Of a DNA stretch of 64,000 nucleotides, positions 49,789 to 59,356 are shown piece after piece. The DNA is from Oculatellaceae cyanobacterium bins.114 (lineage in GTDB: Bacteria; Cyanobacteriota; Cyanobacteriia; Elainellales; Elainellaceae): contig JANRJA010000172.1 of assembly GCA_033764315.1 (NCBI GenBank), forward strand, positions 1 to 64,000, written 5' to 3'. A program made the position numbers and the translations under genes. Below the pieces are notes generated by a model that searched no databases, was not told where the DNA came from, and worked only from the letters and a program-made list of their open reading frames with translations. Every line of letters starts with the position of its first letter. Positions within the stretch are counted from its first letter, which is position 1.

Positions 49789-50180
49789 TCTGCTTCACTT
49801 TGCTTAATGTACTCTATGCCCCATTGGTGCATTAGATCAATCACAGGATGGAGCGATCGCCCCAAGGGAGTTAGCGAATACTCTACCTTTGGAGAAGCTT
49901 CCTGATAGGTTTCTCGATGCACGATTCCATCTTTTTCCATTTCGCGTAGCTGCTGAGTTAAAACCTTGTGAGTGACTCCAAATAAAGAACGGTGTAACTC
50001 ATTAAAGCGTTTTGAACTTTGTAATAACTCTCTAATAATTAACACTTTCCAGCGTCCACTGGTGACTCTAATCGTAGACTCAACCGCACAGGTTAAGCGG
50101 TTGTCCTCAATATAGGTTTCGTAATCAAAGGAAAGTTCCTTACTGAAATAATTTGGTTGTTCGGGTTCCGAGCTTGTCAT
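49785..50180 (-). CDS. HxlR family winged-helix transcriptional regulator
   Basis: CAVE, GRWK, KVLTQQLREME.DG, KVEYSLT. Confidence 0.93.
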   Translation of the reverse strand: MTSSEPEQPNYFSKELSFDYETYIEDNRLTCAVESTIRVTSGRWKVLIIRELLQSSKRFNELHRSLFGVTHKVLTQQLREMEKDGIVHRETYQEASPKVEYSLTPLGRSLHPVIDLMHQWGIEYIKQSEAD

Positions 50181-50187
50181 GGGATAG

Positions 50188-50210
50188 ACTTACCAAAAAG
50201 TGCGTACTTC
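50188..50210. promoter_or_regulatory. Putative HxlR-family operator in the divergent gap
   Basis: ACTTACCAAAAAGTGCGTACTTC contains the quasi-palindrome AAGTGCGTACTT. Confidence 0.5.
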
Positions 50211-50267
50211 ACAGTTCTATTAGAGGCATTGTAGTCTTGACTCGTCTTTATTTGACAGGTCACTCTC

Positions 50268-50930
50268 ATGTCTATCCACGAGTTACTTACGCCTCAAAAC
50301 TGTACCGTTATTTTGATCGACTATCAGCCTCAAATGTTTTTTGGTGTCAACTCGATCGATCGCCAGTTGCTGGTAAACAACGTTGTTGGGTTGGCAAAAG
50401 CGGCCAAGGTGTTTAGTGCCCCAGTTGTGCTCTCAACGGTTGAGACAAAAAGCTTTAGTGGCTATACCATTCCTGCTTTAACCGAGCAGTTCCCTGACTA
50501 TGCTCCGATCGAGCGCACCAGCATGAACTCCTGGGAAGATCCGGGGTTTCGTGCCGAAGTCGAGCGAATCGGGCGCAAAAAACTGGTGATGGCGGCCCTG
50601 TGGACAGAAGTTTGTTTGACCTTTCCGGCGATCGAAGCGATTCGAGATGGCTATGAAGTCTATATTGTGGTGGACGCATCGGGTGGTACATCCACAGTGG
50701 CTCACGATACATCGATTCAACGAATGGTGCAGGCGGGGGCAGTTCCTGTTACCTGGCAACAAGTGTTGCTTGAGTTTCAGCGAGATTGGGCACGCAAAGA
50801 GACTTATTATCCAACGTTGGATGTGGTTAAAGCCCATTCAGGTGGCTATGGCATTGGAGTGGAATATGCTTTTACGCTAGTTCATGGTCAACCGGCCAGT
50901 GTACCCACTCCCGAACCTGTCAAACGATAG
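50268..50930 (+). CDS. YcaC-like isochorismatase family hydrolase
   Basis: LIDYQPQM, RTSMNSWED, LWTEVC, ELQRDW-like EFQRDW. Confidence 0.92.
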   Translation: MSIHELLTPQNCTVILIDYQPQMFFGVNSIDRQLLVNNVVGLAKAAKVFSAPVVLSTVETKSFSGYTIPALTEQFPDYAPIERTSMNSWEDPGFRAEVERIGRKKLVMAALWTEVCLTFPAIEAIRDGYEVYIVVDASGGTSTVAHDTSIQRMVQAGAVPVTWQQVLLEFQRDWARKETYYPTLDVVKAHSGGYGIGVEYAFTLVHGQPASVPTPEPVKR

Positions 50931-50931
50931 T

Positions 50932-51507
50932 ATGACTTATTCTCCATTGCCTCAAAACCATCACGTCACCGCTGTGATTACGCATCTAGTCAAACCCGGT
51001 CGAGAGGAAGGGTATGAGGAGTGGTTGCGGGGCATTGTGCCAGTTGCCAAGCGGTTTGAGGGGCATTTAGGAGTCCAGATTTTGCGTCCTCGATCTGGAG
51101 AACCAGCGGAATATACGATCGTTCTTCATTTTGATCAGCATCCCCACCTACAAGCATGGCTAGAGTCAGAGGAGCGACGCGATTGGATCGGTCGAGTTCA
51201 ACCGCTGATTCAACAGTCTGAAAATGTTCAGGTTTTGACCGGATTAGAAACCTGGTTTCAACTACCCGAACGCCCTCAAAAAACTCCCCCCAAACGCTAT
51301 AAAGTGGCGATCGTCACTTGGCTGGGGGTGTTGATATTGTCGTCACTGATTGGATATCTGCTTGCCCCTTATTTGGCGTGGATGCCGTGGGTGGTGCGAC
51401 AAATGGTGACATCGGCGTTAGTCGTCTGGGCGTTGGCTTATTTTGTGATGCCGCAACTGACCCGTCTATTTTATGGTTGGCTTTATCCACAACCTAAGAG
51501 GCGTTAA
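50932..51507 (+). CDS. Antibiotic biosynthesis monooxygenase (ABM) domain membrane protein; start at ATG 50932
   Basis: VKPGRE..YE.W, WL.S.ER..W, TGLETWF...PPKRYK, two C-terminal TM segments. Confidence 0.85.
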   Translation: MTYSPLPQNHHVTAVITHLVKPGREEGYEEWLRGIVPVAKRFEGHLGVQILRPRSGEPAEYTIVLHFDQHPHLQAWLESEERRDWIGRVQPLIQQSENVQVLTGLETWFQLPERPQKTPPKRYKVAIVTWLGVLILSSLIGYLLAPYLAWMPWVVRQMVTSALVVWALAYFVMPQLTRLFYGWLYPQPKRR

Positions 51508-51582
51508 CTGGAGACTCTGATCGAGGTGGGTGGGTTTGCCATCGATCTACCTCGATCAAAGCCCTAATTTGATTGAGGTAGA

Positions 51583-53319
51583 TTAAATCGCTTTGACGCG
51601 ATCGCGCCCTTCCCGTTTCGCTTCATACATCGCTTGATCAGCCCGATGCAGCACATCCCATGCCTGATGATCTTGAATCGGATTTTGCTGTGCTACTCCA
51701 AAACTGGCGGTAATGTCTAATCCTCCCACAGTGGTTTGAATGGGTTGATCTCGAACCGCTTGTCGCAGTCGTTCAGCTACATCAACGGCTTTGGTTAGTT
51801 CAGTTTCCATCAAAATTACAACAAACTCTTCGCCACCATATCGATAAACCGGAGTCTCTCGTCGTAATTGTCGCTGTAACCGTTGCGCTAAGATTTGCAA
51901 GACCTCGTCACCCACAAGATGCCCGTGAGTATCGTTGACCAACTTAAAGTAATCGATATCACACACGATAACACTGAAGATCGATTGTGTTGCCCAGGCA
52001 GAACGAGTACTCAACTGTTCTAGCTCACGCTCTAGAGAGCGACGGTTCATGAGGTGAGTCAACTCATCTTGCACAATTTCCCGTTGCAGGGATTTATTTT
52101 GCAATCTCAATGCTTCTTGCTTGTGCCACAGGCTTTGATAATGTTGGGCATTGGTGAGAGCGATCGCCGCCTGGTCAGCAACCTGCCTCAGAGTTTGCAG
52201 TTCATCAAGTTGATAAACCCGCTCTTGTTGATAAGACAACAGTGCCACTGCTCCAAAAAACTCTTCCTGAATGAATAAGGGCACCATCAACACCGAGACT
52301 GCCCCAATCTCATGTAACCACTCAAATAGTGGATCCACATCGTCGTCTGCTATTTTGAGTTCAAGATAGGAGGCACCCCCCTGCAAGAACATATCGACCA
52401 CATTGCGCCACAATGCTGGGTCAATTTGTCGGTGTTGTAGGGGTTTGAGGTTGTAATCTGGGTGATCCCAAATGGACAAAATGTTGATGGGTGTGTCGCG
52501 CAGATCTACCAAGAGAGAGCGATCGCATTGGAGTCCTTGCCCTAACTCTGCAACGATGCGTCCTACGATTTCATCGGGGTTAAGACTAGAGTTTAACAAG
52601 CGAGCGATGCGCCCAATTAAAGCCGCTTGCAATCGGGATTGTTCTAATCGTTGTCGCCAGTACAGCGCGCTATAGGCAAACCCCAACTGCCCACAGACAA
52701 CATCAATGGCTTCTAACTCTTGATCACTCCACCCTACAACATTGTGTTTGGTTTGAGTGGAGGTCGCTTGAGCCACAATTCCATCAGACAAAGCTGACAA
52801 CAGTGATTCTTGGGCGTCAAGTGAGGTCTCAACCAGGGGTAATTGTCCCTGAGGGCGGTATAGTTGCAGCACAAATTGTAGCGGCGTGGGAACCGGCACA
52901 ATGCCCATAAAGCTAGCCTGCTCAAGCTTGCCCCGGTTAGTGATGGGTACGATTAAATCACCTGTTTCAAGTTGGGTGACTTGGGGCGATTGTTGTTGCT
53001 CTAGCAACCAAGATGGCAACACCCGTGGATAAAATTGCCAGATTCCCTGTTCTGGATCAGGAATTTCAGGTTGTAGCGGCAATGAAACCGAGTCTGGCTC
53101 AAAATCAATACTATCTTTAAAGGTCTGCAATGCTCCTGCAGTCGCATAAACTTGCAAGGTGTCTGACATGCCAGTGGCTAGACCTGCCCACAATAAAACC
53201 TCTGCTTGATAGGTAGCAGCAATCATCCCGATTACCTGCCGCAATAGTGAGTCTACAGAATCTAAATTACTCACTGCCGCAGCCATCCAAGGATAGATTT
53301 GTTTCCAGGTTGGCTTCAT
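51583..53319 (-). CDS. GAF-sensor diguanylate cyclase
   Basis: DELTHLMNRR, DIDYFKLVNDTHGH, RYGGEEF. Confidence 0.92.
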   Translation of the reverse strand: MKPTWKQIYPWMAAAVSNLDSVDSLLRQVIGMIAATYQAEVLLWAGLATGMSDTLQVYATAGALQTFKDSIDFEPDSVSLPLQPEIPDPEQGIWQFYPRVLPSWLLEQQQSPQVTQLETGDLIVPITNRGKLEQASFMGIVPVPTPLQFVLQLYRPQGQLPLVETSLDAQESLLSALSDGIVAQATSTQTKHNVVGWSDQELEAIDVVCGQLGFAYSALYWRQRLEQSRLQAALIGRIARLLNSSLNPDEIVGRIVAELGQGLQCDRSLLVDLRDTPINILSIWDHPDYNLKPLQHRQIDPALWRNVVDMFLQGGASYLELKIADDDVDPLFEWLHEIGAVSVLMVPLFIQEEFFGAVALLSYQQERVYQLDELQTLRQVADQAAIALTNAQHYQSLWHKQEALRLQNKSLQREIVQDELTHLMNRRSLERELEQLSTRSAWATQSIFSVIVCDIDYFKLVNDTHGHLVGDEVLQILAQRLQRQLRRETPVYRYGGEEFVVILMETELTKAVDVAERLRQAVRDQPIQTTVGGLDITASFGVAQQNPIQDHQAWDVLHRADQAMYEAKREGRDRVKAI

Positions 53320-54362
53320 GGATTGGATTGGAGTCTGCTTCCGTATAAGTTAAATGTTGCTAAACACCCTGCTTTGATATCAGTCTTAAAAGTTACTTCA
53401 AAAATAAACCTGAATCAACAATCTTAATATCAAGATCACTGTGTTTTGAAATAACTTGTAACTCATGTTGAGTAACGATTTGACACAGAATGATTGAATT
53501 TATGAGTCAAGTTTTTTTAACCACCACTGAATATTAAATACCTAAATCGTTCTGTATGTTTATTCTTTGAAAATCCATTCAAAAAATATCAGATCCCACA
53601 AAAAAACATCTTTATGCTGTCTTAATTCTAACGATTCGTTCTGAAATAACCGTAGACTCAAAAATCAATACCAGTTTTGTGCCAGGGAGTTAACTGTTTA
53701 GGAAACTATCTTTGTAACATAAAATCACCCCTACACGCTTGCATAAATCCGTAGTTTTACATCGGCCTTTGAGCAAATCGTACCTGAACGGGGTAGGGGC
53801 GTTTGAGGGAGAAACAGGAGGACTGGAGGGGCGATCGCCCATTGTGGCTAACGTTGTTTTCGTAGGTAGAGGTATCTGAATACGCTAAAGAGGCTGACCC
53901 AAAATTGTTACTAAGGCTGGATATTACCTATATCTGACGGTAGAGTATTAAGATAAGTTATGAGGATTACACTGATTAGCAGTGGTAATTAACTAAACTT
54001 AACTAAGTAGAAAGGGTTTGTTGACTAGGGTTATCTAAATTTCTTTTTTAAGAGCATAAATCACCCAGTCTGGTTTAACCGTGCTGATCAGGGTCTTCTC
54101 TTCCAGAAACAAGCAATTGAGGACTGTAATCACGCAACTCAGCGTTGGTCTTGGCTATGAATTGACTTTTGTAGAGTAAAAAGCCTGACCCTTTAAAGCT
54201 GATTTGTCTATTGGTAAGTAGTTCTAACAGTTGCTGAGTGGCTAGTTATGTCTGTTTTCTGTGACTGATTTGAAACAACGGTGCCTCTCGAATATGCCCA
54301 GTTGTGAGTAAACTCACTTACTAGTTTGCCCCTCTAAGGTAGACAGTTCTCTGTTTGACATA

Positions 54363-56336
54363 ATGCAAAAAGCAATTGAACCAAACCCTACACTACAGCT
54401 TCAGCAACGGTTATTGATTGCAAGTGTCGTCAATCAAATCAACCAGATGATTCGTAGTGCCGCTCACTTGGGTGAGATTTTAAGATTTTCCTGCCAGCTA
54501 CTCGCTCAAACCCTTGCTTGCAAAAGCGTTCGAGTTTTGCTACCCCAAGACGATGATCAGCAAACCTTGGTGATTTGGGGAGAATATAGCCAATCGACCT
54601 GTGCCATTGATTTAGGAGATGCGCTTTTACCCCAAGACCATCCCTATTTACAGCAGGTGTTGCTTCAGTCAACTCCACTTGCCTCGACTCAAGCCCACGT
54701 TGCTCGAGATGGACGAGAGTTAACTTGTTCTGTGCTGGCGATCGCCACTCAGTATGGAGGTCAAGTTAATAGCGTGATTGAGGTACAGCAGTGTGATGAC
54801 CCCACTGGAGAAACGGCTTCTCATCGCCCTCGTCAATGGCTTGATTGGGAGTCTCAACTCTTGCAAGAGGTGGCTGGACAGTTGGCGATCGTGATTCACC
54901 AAAACATGCTGCACACCGAAATGAAACATCGGATTGTGCGGGAGTCTTTATTGCGCCTGATCACAAACCAGATTCGTAGTAGTCTCGACCTCAATGTCAT
55001 TCTCAATACGGTTGTGCAACAGGTGCGGGAGTTGCTCAATACCGATCGCGTTGTGATTTATCAATTTCAGCAAGACTGGCAAGGGACAGTAGTCGTTGAA
55101 AACGTCTTGCCAGCATGGACTTCTGTTTTAGGGGAAATGGGTCAAGACAACTGCTTTTCCTCTCAATATGCTGAGCTTTATCGAGGTGGGCGAGTTCGCG
55201 GTATTCACAATGTGTGCGAGGCGGGGTTAGACGAATGCCATGTCAACTTTTTGCAACGATTGCAGGTACAAGCCAACCTGATTGTGCCAATTCTGCAAAA
55301 CACGACAGCTGATGAGTTAGACCCAACGGCTGAAGAGCAGAAATCTCCTAAGTTGTGGGGTTTGTTAATTGCTCATGAATGTCGTAGCCCACGCCATTGG
55401 CAAGCCTGGGAAAAGGAATTGATGCAGCAATTAGGAGATCAAATTGCGATCGCCATTCAGCAGGCTGAGCTATATACACAAGTGCGTATCAATGCTGCTC
55501 GGTCTCAGGCTCAGGCGGAGCAACTGCAAAACACCTTAGAAGAATTGCGCTCCACCCAAATTCAACTGATCCAAAGCGAAAAGCTCTCTAGCTTGGGACA
55601 GATGGTTGCAGGCATTGCCCATGAGATTAACAACGCTACCAATTTTATTCATGCCAATTTACCTTACGTCCAGCAATATGCAGCGGTTTTAGAGCAAGCG
55701 ATCGCCCTTTGTACTGATTGTTATCCTGAGGCAAAAGAGGCGATCGCCGCTCGATTTGCAACTTTAGAAGTTGATTTTGTGCGGCAAGATTTTCCTCAAT
55801 TAATTCAATCAATGCAAACGGGAACAGGACGTATTCGAGATATCGTTTCAACCCTACGCAATTTTTCACGCCTAGATGAAACGGATTGCAAAGCAGTCGA
55901 TGTGCATGAAGGCATTGATAGCAGCCTGGTGATTCTCAGACATCGCATTGATCCCCAGGTCAAGATTCACAAAGATTACGGGTCGCTGCCCCCGGTCGAG
56001 TGCAACGCCGGACAGATCAATCAAGTTTTCTTAAATTTGTTGAGCAATGCTCTAGATGCAGGTGGAAACTCAGCCGAAATCACCATTCGCACCTGGCAAC
56101 CTCATCCCGATGCAGTCATTATTTCTATTCGAGATAATGGCTCTGGTGTTCCCGAAGAGATTGTAAATCGGATCTTTGATCCCTTTTTCACTACAAAACC
56201 AGTTGGACAGGGAACAGGATTGGGGCTTTCAATTTGTCATCAAATCATTGTCAAACAGCATCGAGGTGCCATCCGGTGTATCAATCACCCCAATCAAGGG
56301 GCGGAGTTTCAGATTGAGTTGCCTATCTCACGCTAG
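54363..56336 (+). CDS. GAF-GAF histidine kinase with a DXCF-type cyanobacteriochrome GAF
   Basis: TDRVVIYQF, DNCF, CH, LWGLLIAHEC; AGIAHEINN and HATPase boxes. Confidence 0.9.
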   Translation: MQKAIEPNPTLQLQQRLLIASVVNQINQMIRSAAHLGEILRFSCQLLAQTLACKSVRVLLPQDDDQQTLVIWGEYSQSTCAIDLGDALLPQDHPYLQQVLLQSTPLASTQAHVARDGRELTCSVLAIATQYGGQVNSVIEVQQCDDPTGETASHRPRQWLDWESQLLQEVAGQLAIVIHQNMLHTEMKHRIVRESLLRLITNQIRSSLDLNVILNTVVQQVRELLNTDRVVIYQFQQDWQGTVVVENVLPAWTSVLGEMGQDNCFSSQYAELYRGGRVRGIHNVCEAGLDECHVNFLQRLQVQANLIVPILQNTTADELDPTAEEQKSPKLWGLLIAHECRSPRHWQAWEKELMQQLGDQIAIAIQQAELYTQVRINAARSQAQAEQLQNTLEELRSTQIQLIQSEKLSSLGQMVAGIAHEINNATNFIHANLPYVQQYAAVLEQAIALCTDCYPEAKEAIAARFATLEVDFVRQDFPQLIQSMQTGTGRIRDIVSTLRNFSRLDETDCKAVDVHEGIDSSLVILRHRIDPQVKIHKDYGSLPPVECNAGQINQVFLNLLSNALDAGGNSAEITIRTWQPHPDAVIISIRDNGSGVPEEIVNRIFDPFFTTKPVGQGTGLGLSICHQIIVKQHRGAIRCINHPNQGAEFQIELPISR

Positions 56337-56361
56337 AGACTGATTGCAATAGGACGCCCAA

Positions 56362-56387
56362 TAAAAAGCACCCCTAAAGGAGTGCTT
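56362..56387. terminator. Hairpin between convergent genes; the A-run gives a U-tract on the minus strand
   Basis: AAAAAGCACCCC-TAAA-GGAGTGCTT. Confidence 0.55.
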
Positions 56388-56585
56388 GCAAACCAACTCA
56401 CTTGAGCCTTGTGTAGCTGATGGCGGAATGAACGCCCTTTGATCAGCGATATCAAAATCAAAGCTGAGGAATGAAGATCAACGAAACTGTAATCTTTGTG
56501 GGATGGCTATCATTTGACTGAGCTAACGTCACAGTTTTGCCCGTTTGTCAGTGAGACATCCCACCAGTGATTGAACTCATGATCC

Positions 56586-57032
56586 TTAGCTAAATGCAAC
56601 ACGGCTGCGATCGTAGGTTTCTGTTACAGCTGTATTGATCTTGCCTTGAATAGGATTCCAATACTCGTAAGCGTATTGAGTAGGTAAACCGACTTGCACT
56701 GCAACACGGCTCAACATGGCTTGTTCACGTTGTTTGACGCTGCGGTGATGGTTGAGCATCAATGAGCGTAGCCGATCATCCACGGAAACACGGGTTGAAG
56801 TTGCAACGACAACAGGCTCAACTGCAACAGGAACTGACACGGCTTCAGGCGTTGCTGTGCTGTAAGCCACACCCCGATATTTCAGATCGAGACTGGGCTG
56901 TTGCGCTAATTCTTTTTGCGCTTTGCGAAATCTCAAGCCAGAACCGCGATATTTGCCAGCGGCAACAACTTCAGTTGCTTGAGCTTGAGGAGGATTGTAA
57001 TCGTAACTGATGCCACGGTAAGTAAGTTTCAT
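56586..57032 (-). CDS. gifB: Glutamine synthetase inactivating factor IF17 (DUF4278 repeats plus IF7-like C-terminus); start at ATG 57032
   Basis: MKLTYRGISYDYNPP, three YRG motifs, IF7-like RSLMLNHH..KQREQAMLSR...IQGK...YDRS. Confidence 0.88.
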   Translation of the reverse strand: MKLTYRGISYDYNPPQAQATEVVAAGKYRGSGLRFRKAQKELAQQPSLDLKYRGVAYSTATPEAVSVPVAVEPVVVATSTRVSVDDRLRSLMLNHHRSVKQREQAMLSRVAVQVGLPTQYAYEYWNPIQGKINTAVTETYDRSRVAFS

Positions 57033-57066
57033 AGAATTCGCCTCTTTGAAATATGTAACGGGTTGA

Positions 57067-57144
57067 GGCGCGTTCCTTCGGGATGTCTCCCTACTTCCGT
57101 CTCTTGAACTTGACGATTCAATGATCAAGAAAGAGATGAACGAT
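57067..57144 (-). ncRNA. Glutamine riboswitch (glnA motif, class I)
   Basis: Minus strand reads ATCGTTCATCTC...GAGACGGAAGTAGGGA-GACA-TCCCGAAGGAACGCGCC, upstream of gifB. Confidence 0.92.
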
Positions 57145-57152
57145 TTGTTTCT

Positions 57153-57187
57153 GTATCTATTGTTACCGTTTTGACTTTTATTGTCAA
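57153..57187 (-). promoter_or_regulatory. gifB promoter with an NtcA site overlapping the -10 element
   Basis: Perfect GTA-N8-TAC at 57153-57166; TTGACA-N17-AACAAT on the minus strand. Confidence 0.8.
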
Positions 57188-57253
57188 TCTATCCCCTCGA
57201 AATGTTAATGAACTGTGACATTTAATCTAAAGGTCGTGATCCTCTTTTGCTCT

Positions 57254-58045
57254 TTATGGAGGTGATATTAGGGCTTTGGTTACAGAGCCAAACGCCACAA
57301 CGAGAATAATAACGACTGCGCCAATGCCGATCGGACTGGGTACCCAAAAAGTTGCCTCAATATGGTTTATGTCTCCAGATTTGAGGGTCCAAACTAGGTG
57401 TTTATCAGGCGATTGGTCGGGGATAGAGCTAGGGGTGGGTTGCAATTGGGGGCTTTGGGCACCCCAGGGGGTGTCGAGGCTAAATTCGAGGTCGAGCAGG
57501 CTGCCCGGACTAATCAAGACATTGCCCTCAGAGGAGAGAACACCGAGCGATCGCAGGTCAATGTCAAACGTCAGGTAGTTTTTTTCGACTAAGAAGAAGT
57601 TGCGTTGAAAGACGGTGAGGTGAGAAGCGATCGCAGGTAGATCGGGCGTTTTAGCTTGGGCGGGAAGCTCTTGGGGGGTGGGATTAAAAAATTGATTAAA
57701 CTTCTCTTGCAACTCAACTCCATTGTTGAAGGGAATGGTAGCAACGATTTCTTGTTTCGAGAGGTGACGAACTCGTCCACCTAAATAGCGGGTTCGCTGT
57801 TCTAGCTTTTTGAGCCATTCCTGAGCGATCGCCCCGTTAAAGTTGGTGAGTTGTTCTCCTAGGTGAATGTGTTGGATGATTTCACCTTTATTTTGACCTG
57901 CAAAGTTGATTCCTACGTCATAGCGAATGCAGCCTGACAGCAGCACCGACAGAACTAGGAGCAACAAAACAGTTCGCACTGCTTTGAACCCATTTGCGAT
58001 CGCCCCAAAACTGGCTTGAAATCTTGTCATGCTTTCATGTCTCAC
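57254..58045 (-). CDS. DUF3153 domain lipoprotein/membrane protein
   Basis: LLSGC lipobox, C-terminal FWVPSPIGIG plus TM segment. Confidence 0.8.
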   Translation of the reverse strand: MRHESMTRFQASFGAIANGFKAVRTVLLLLVLSVLLSGCIRYDVGINFAGQNKGEIIQHIHLGEQLTNFNGAIAQEWLKKLEQRTRYLGGRVRHLSKQEIVATIPFNNGVELQEKFNQFFNPTPQELPAQAKTPDLPAIASHLTVFQRNFFLVEKNYLTFDIDLRSLGVLSSEGNVLISPGSLLDLEFSLDTPWGAQSPQLQPTPSSIPDQSPDKHLVWTLKSGDINHIEATFWVPSPIGIGAVVIILVVAFGSVTKALISPP

Positions 58046-58078
58046 ACCTCACCCTTTCACTCTCTCACTCTTCGCTCT

Positions 58079-58657
58079 TTAGCTCAACCAGAGTAAACTG
58101 CCAAAAATGAGGGCGATCGCGATTAGAGCAACCCAAATAAAGCGATTGTCTTTAGTGTTGACCTGGCTGAGATCAATCGGTTCTAAATTAGGTTCAACCG
58201 AGGGGCGTGGACGAGGAGGACGTTTAGCTGGAGTATAGGCTCCTTTGGTGTCGCGCTCAGAAATGTCGAGTGCTGCCAGGTCTGGAATTTGGGTCAGCCA
58301 TTCTGGACGGGTTTTGAGCCGGGGTGCTTTGAGAATATAGAGTAAACGGCTTCCCTGTTTGCGAGTGTCATGATCTGGGTGGCGAGTGAGTTTTTCGCAG
58401 AGAGCGATCGCCTCTTCGCGTTGTTCTGCTGCCTCATAAGCAGTCACCAACCAGATTTGAATTTCGCCCCCCAAGCGCGAGGTACGATTGACCAAACTCG
58501 CTGCTTTTTCCAAAGCCTGCACTGATTGACGATAAGCACCTCGCTCAAAGGCAGCTTTGCCAGATTGATAATGTGCTTTAACAAGTTCTAAGGTTTCAGT
58601 GCTACTGTCTGGGTTCACCCACTTTGCTCCCTTCGATGGACTGTAATTGTGAATCAT
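58079..58657 (-). CDS. TPR-like protein with a C-terminal TM anchor
   Basis: GKAAFERGAY, QIWLVTAYEA, terminal hydrophobic helix. Confidence 0.8.
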   Translation of the reverse strand: MIHNYSPSKGAKWVNPDSSTETLELVKAHYQSGKAAFERGAYRQSVQALEKAASLVNRTSRLGGEIQIWLVTAYEAAEQREEAIALCEKLTRHPDHDTRKQGSRLLYILKAPRLKTRPEWLTQIPDLAALDISERDTKGAYTPAKRPPRPRPSVEPNLEPIDLSQVNTKDNRFIWVALIAIALIFGSLLWLS

Positions 58658-58930
58658 GGTAGATCAGTAAACGATTCACGGTCTTAAAAGATGATTTGTG
58701 CAGACGGTCTGATGGTATGAGACACGGGGTTCTATGCAACGGTGCAATGCAGAAACTTATGCCTCGGTTCACCCGTCTATTGGTTTAGGTCTGTTTGTTT
58801 AGATTAGTCGCCTAATCTAACGGTCTCCTCAAATTCTAACGAAGCGCGTTAGGCTAGAGGGTAGGCGATCGCTACTTCCTAAGATTTATTTATGCGGTTA
58901 CTACACGCTCAACATCAAGGTTTTAGTGGT

Positions 58931-59326
58931 ATGAAGCAATCCGTTTCTCTGTTGCTGTCAGGGGTTGTCATTAGTGCAGTTGGCATGACCAGTGCCTTAC
59001 CTGTCTGGGCAGATGGGGTTGTGGTGCGTGGGGGTGCTGTCACGGTGCAAGTGGGAGACTATGGGCAACCTAGAGCTGTGTATAGCCGTGACTCTGAGCG
59101 AGACTATCGCGATCGCTGGTCAAGAGATAGATATGACAACGAGATTGAAGACTCTATTTTGATTAATCCCGTCGTGATTGACTCCTCTATTGAAGATTCG
59201 GTGTTGATTGACCCAGTGATTGTCAACACCTCTGGCTATGACTATGATAATGTCCGGGTTTATTCCACTGGAAGCACTCGCCCCACTTGCCAGGTGTTGT
59301 CAAACTTTAGAGCCGCCTGTAATTGA
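58931..59326 (+). CDS. Secreted hypothetical protein with IEDS(I/V)LI(N/D)PV repeats
   Basis: Signal peptide ending VWA, two internal repeats, C-terminal Cys pair. Confidence 0.65.
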   Translation: MKQSVSLLLSGVVISAVGMTSALPVWADGVVVRGGAVTVQVGDYGQPRAVYSRDSERDYRDRWSRDRYDNEIEDSILINPVVIDSSIEDSVLIDPVIVNTSGYDYDNVRVYSTGSTRPTCQVLSNFRAACN

Positions 59327-59356
59327 AAGACGGTTGGGGTGATCACGTTGAGGTGA

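Noticed and set aside
53320-54362. 1-kb intergenic region as a hidden RNA gene or array
   Set aside because: No tRNA, repeat array or convincing structure seen by eye; explained as a divergent promoter region
57033-57128. N-terminal extension of gifB
   Set aside because: Runs through the riboswitch; the ATG at 57032 follows a GAGG ribosome-binding site
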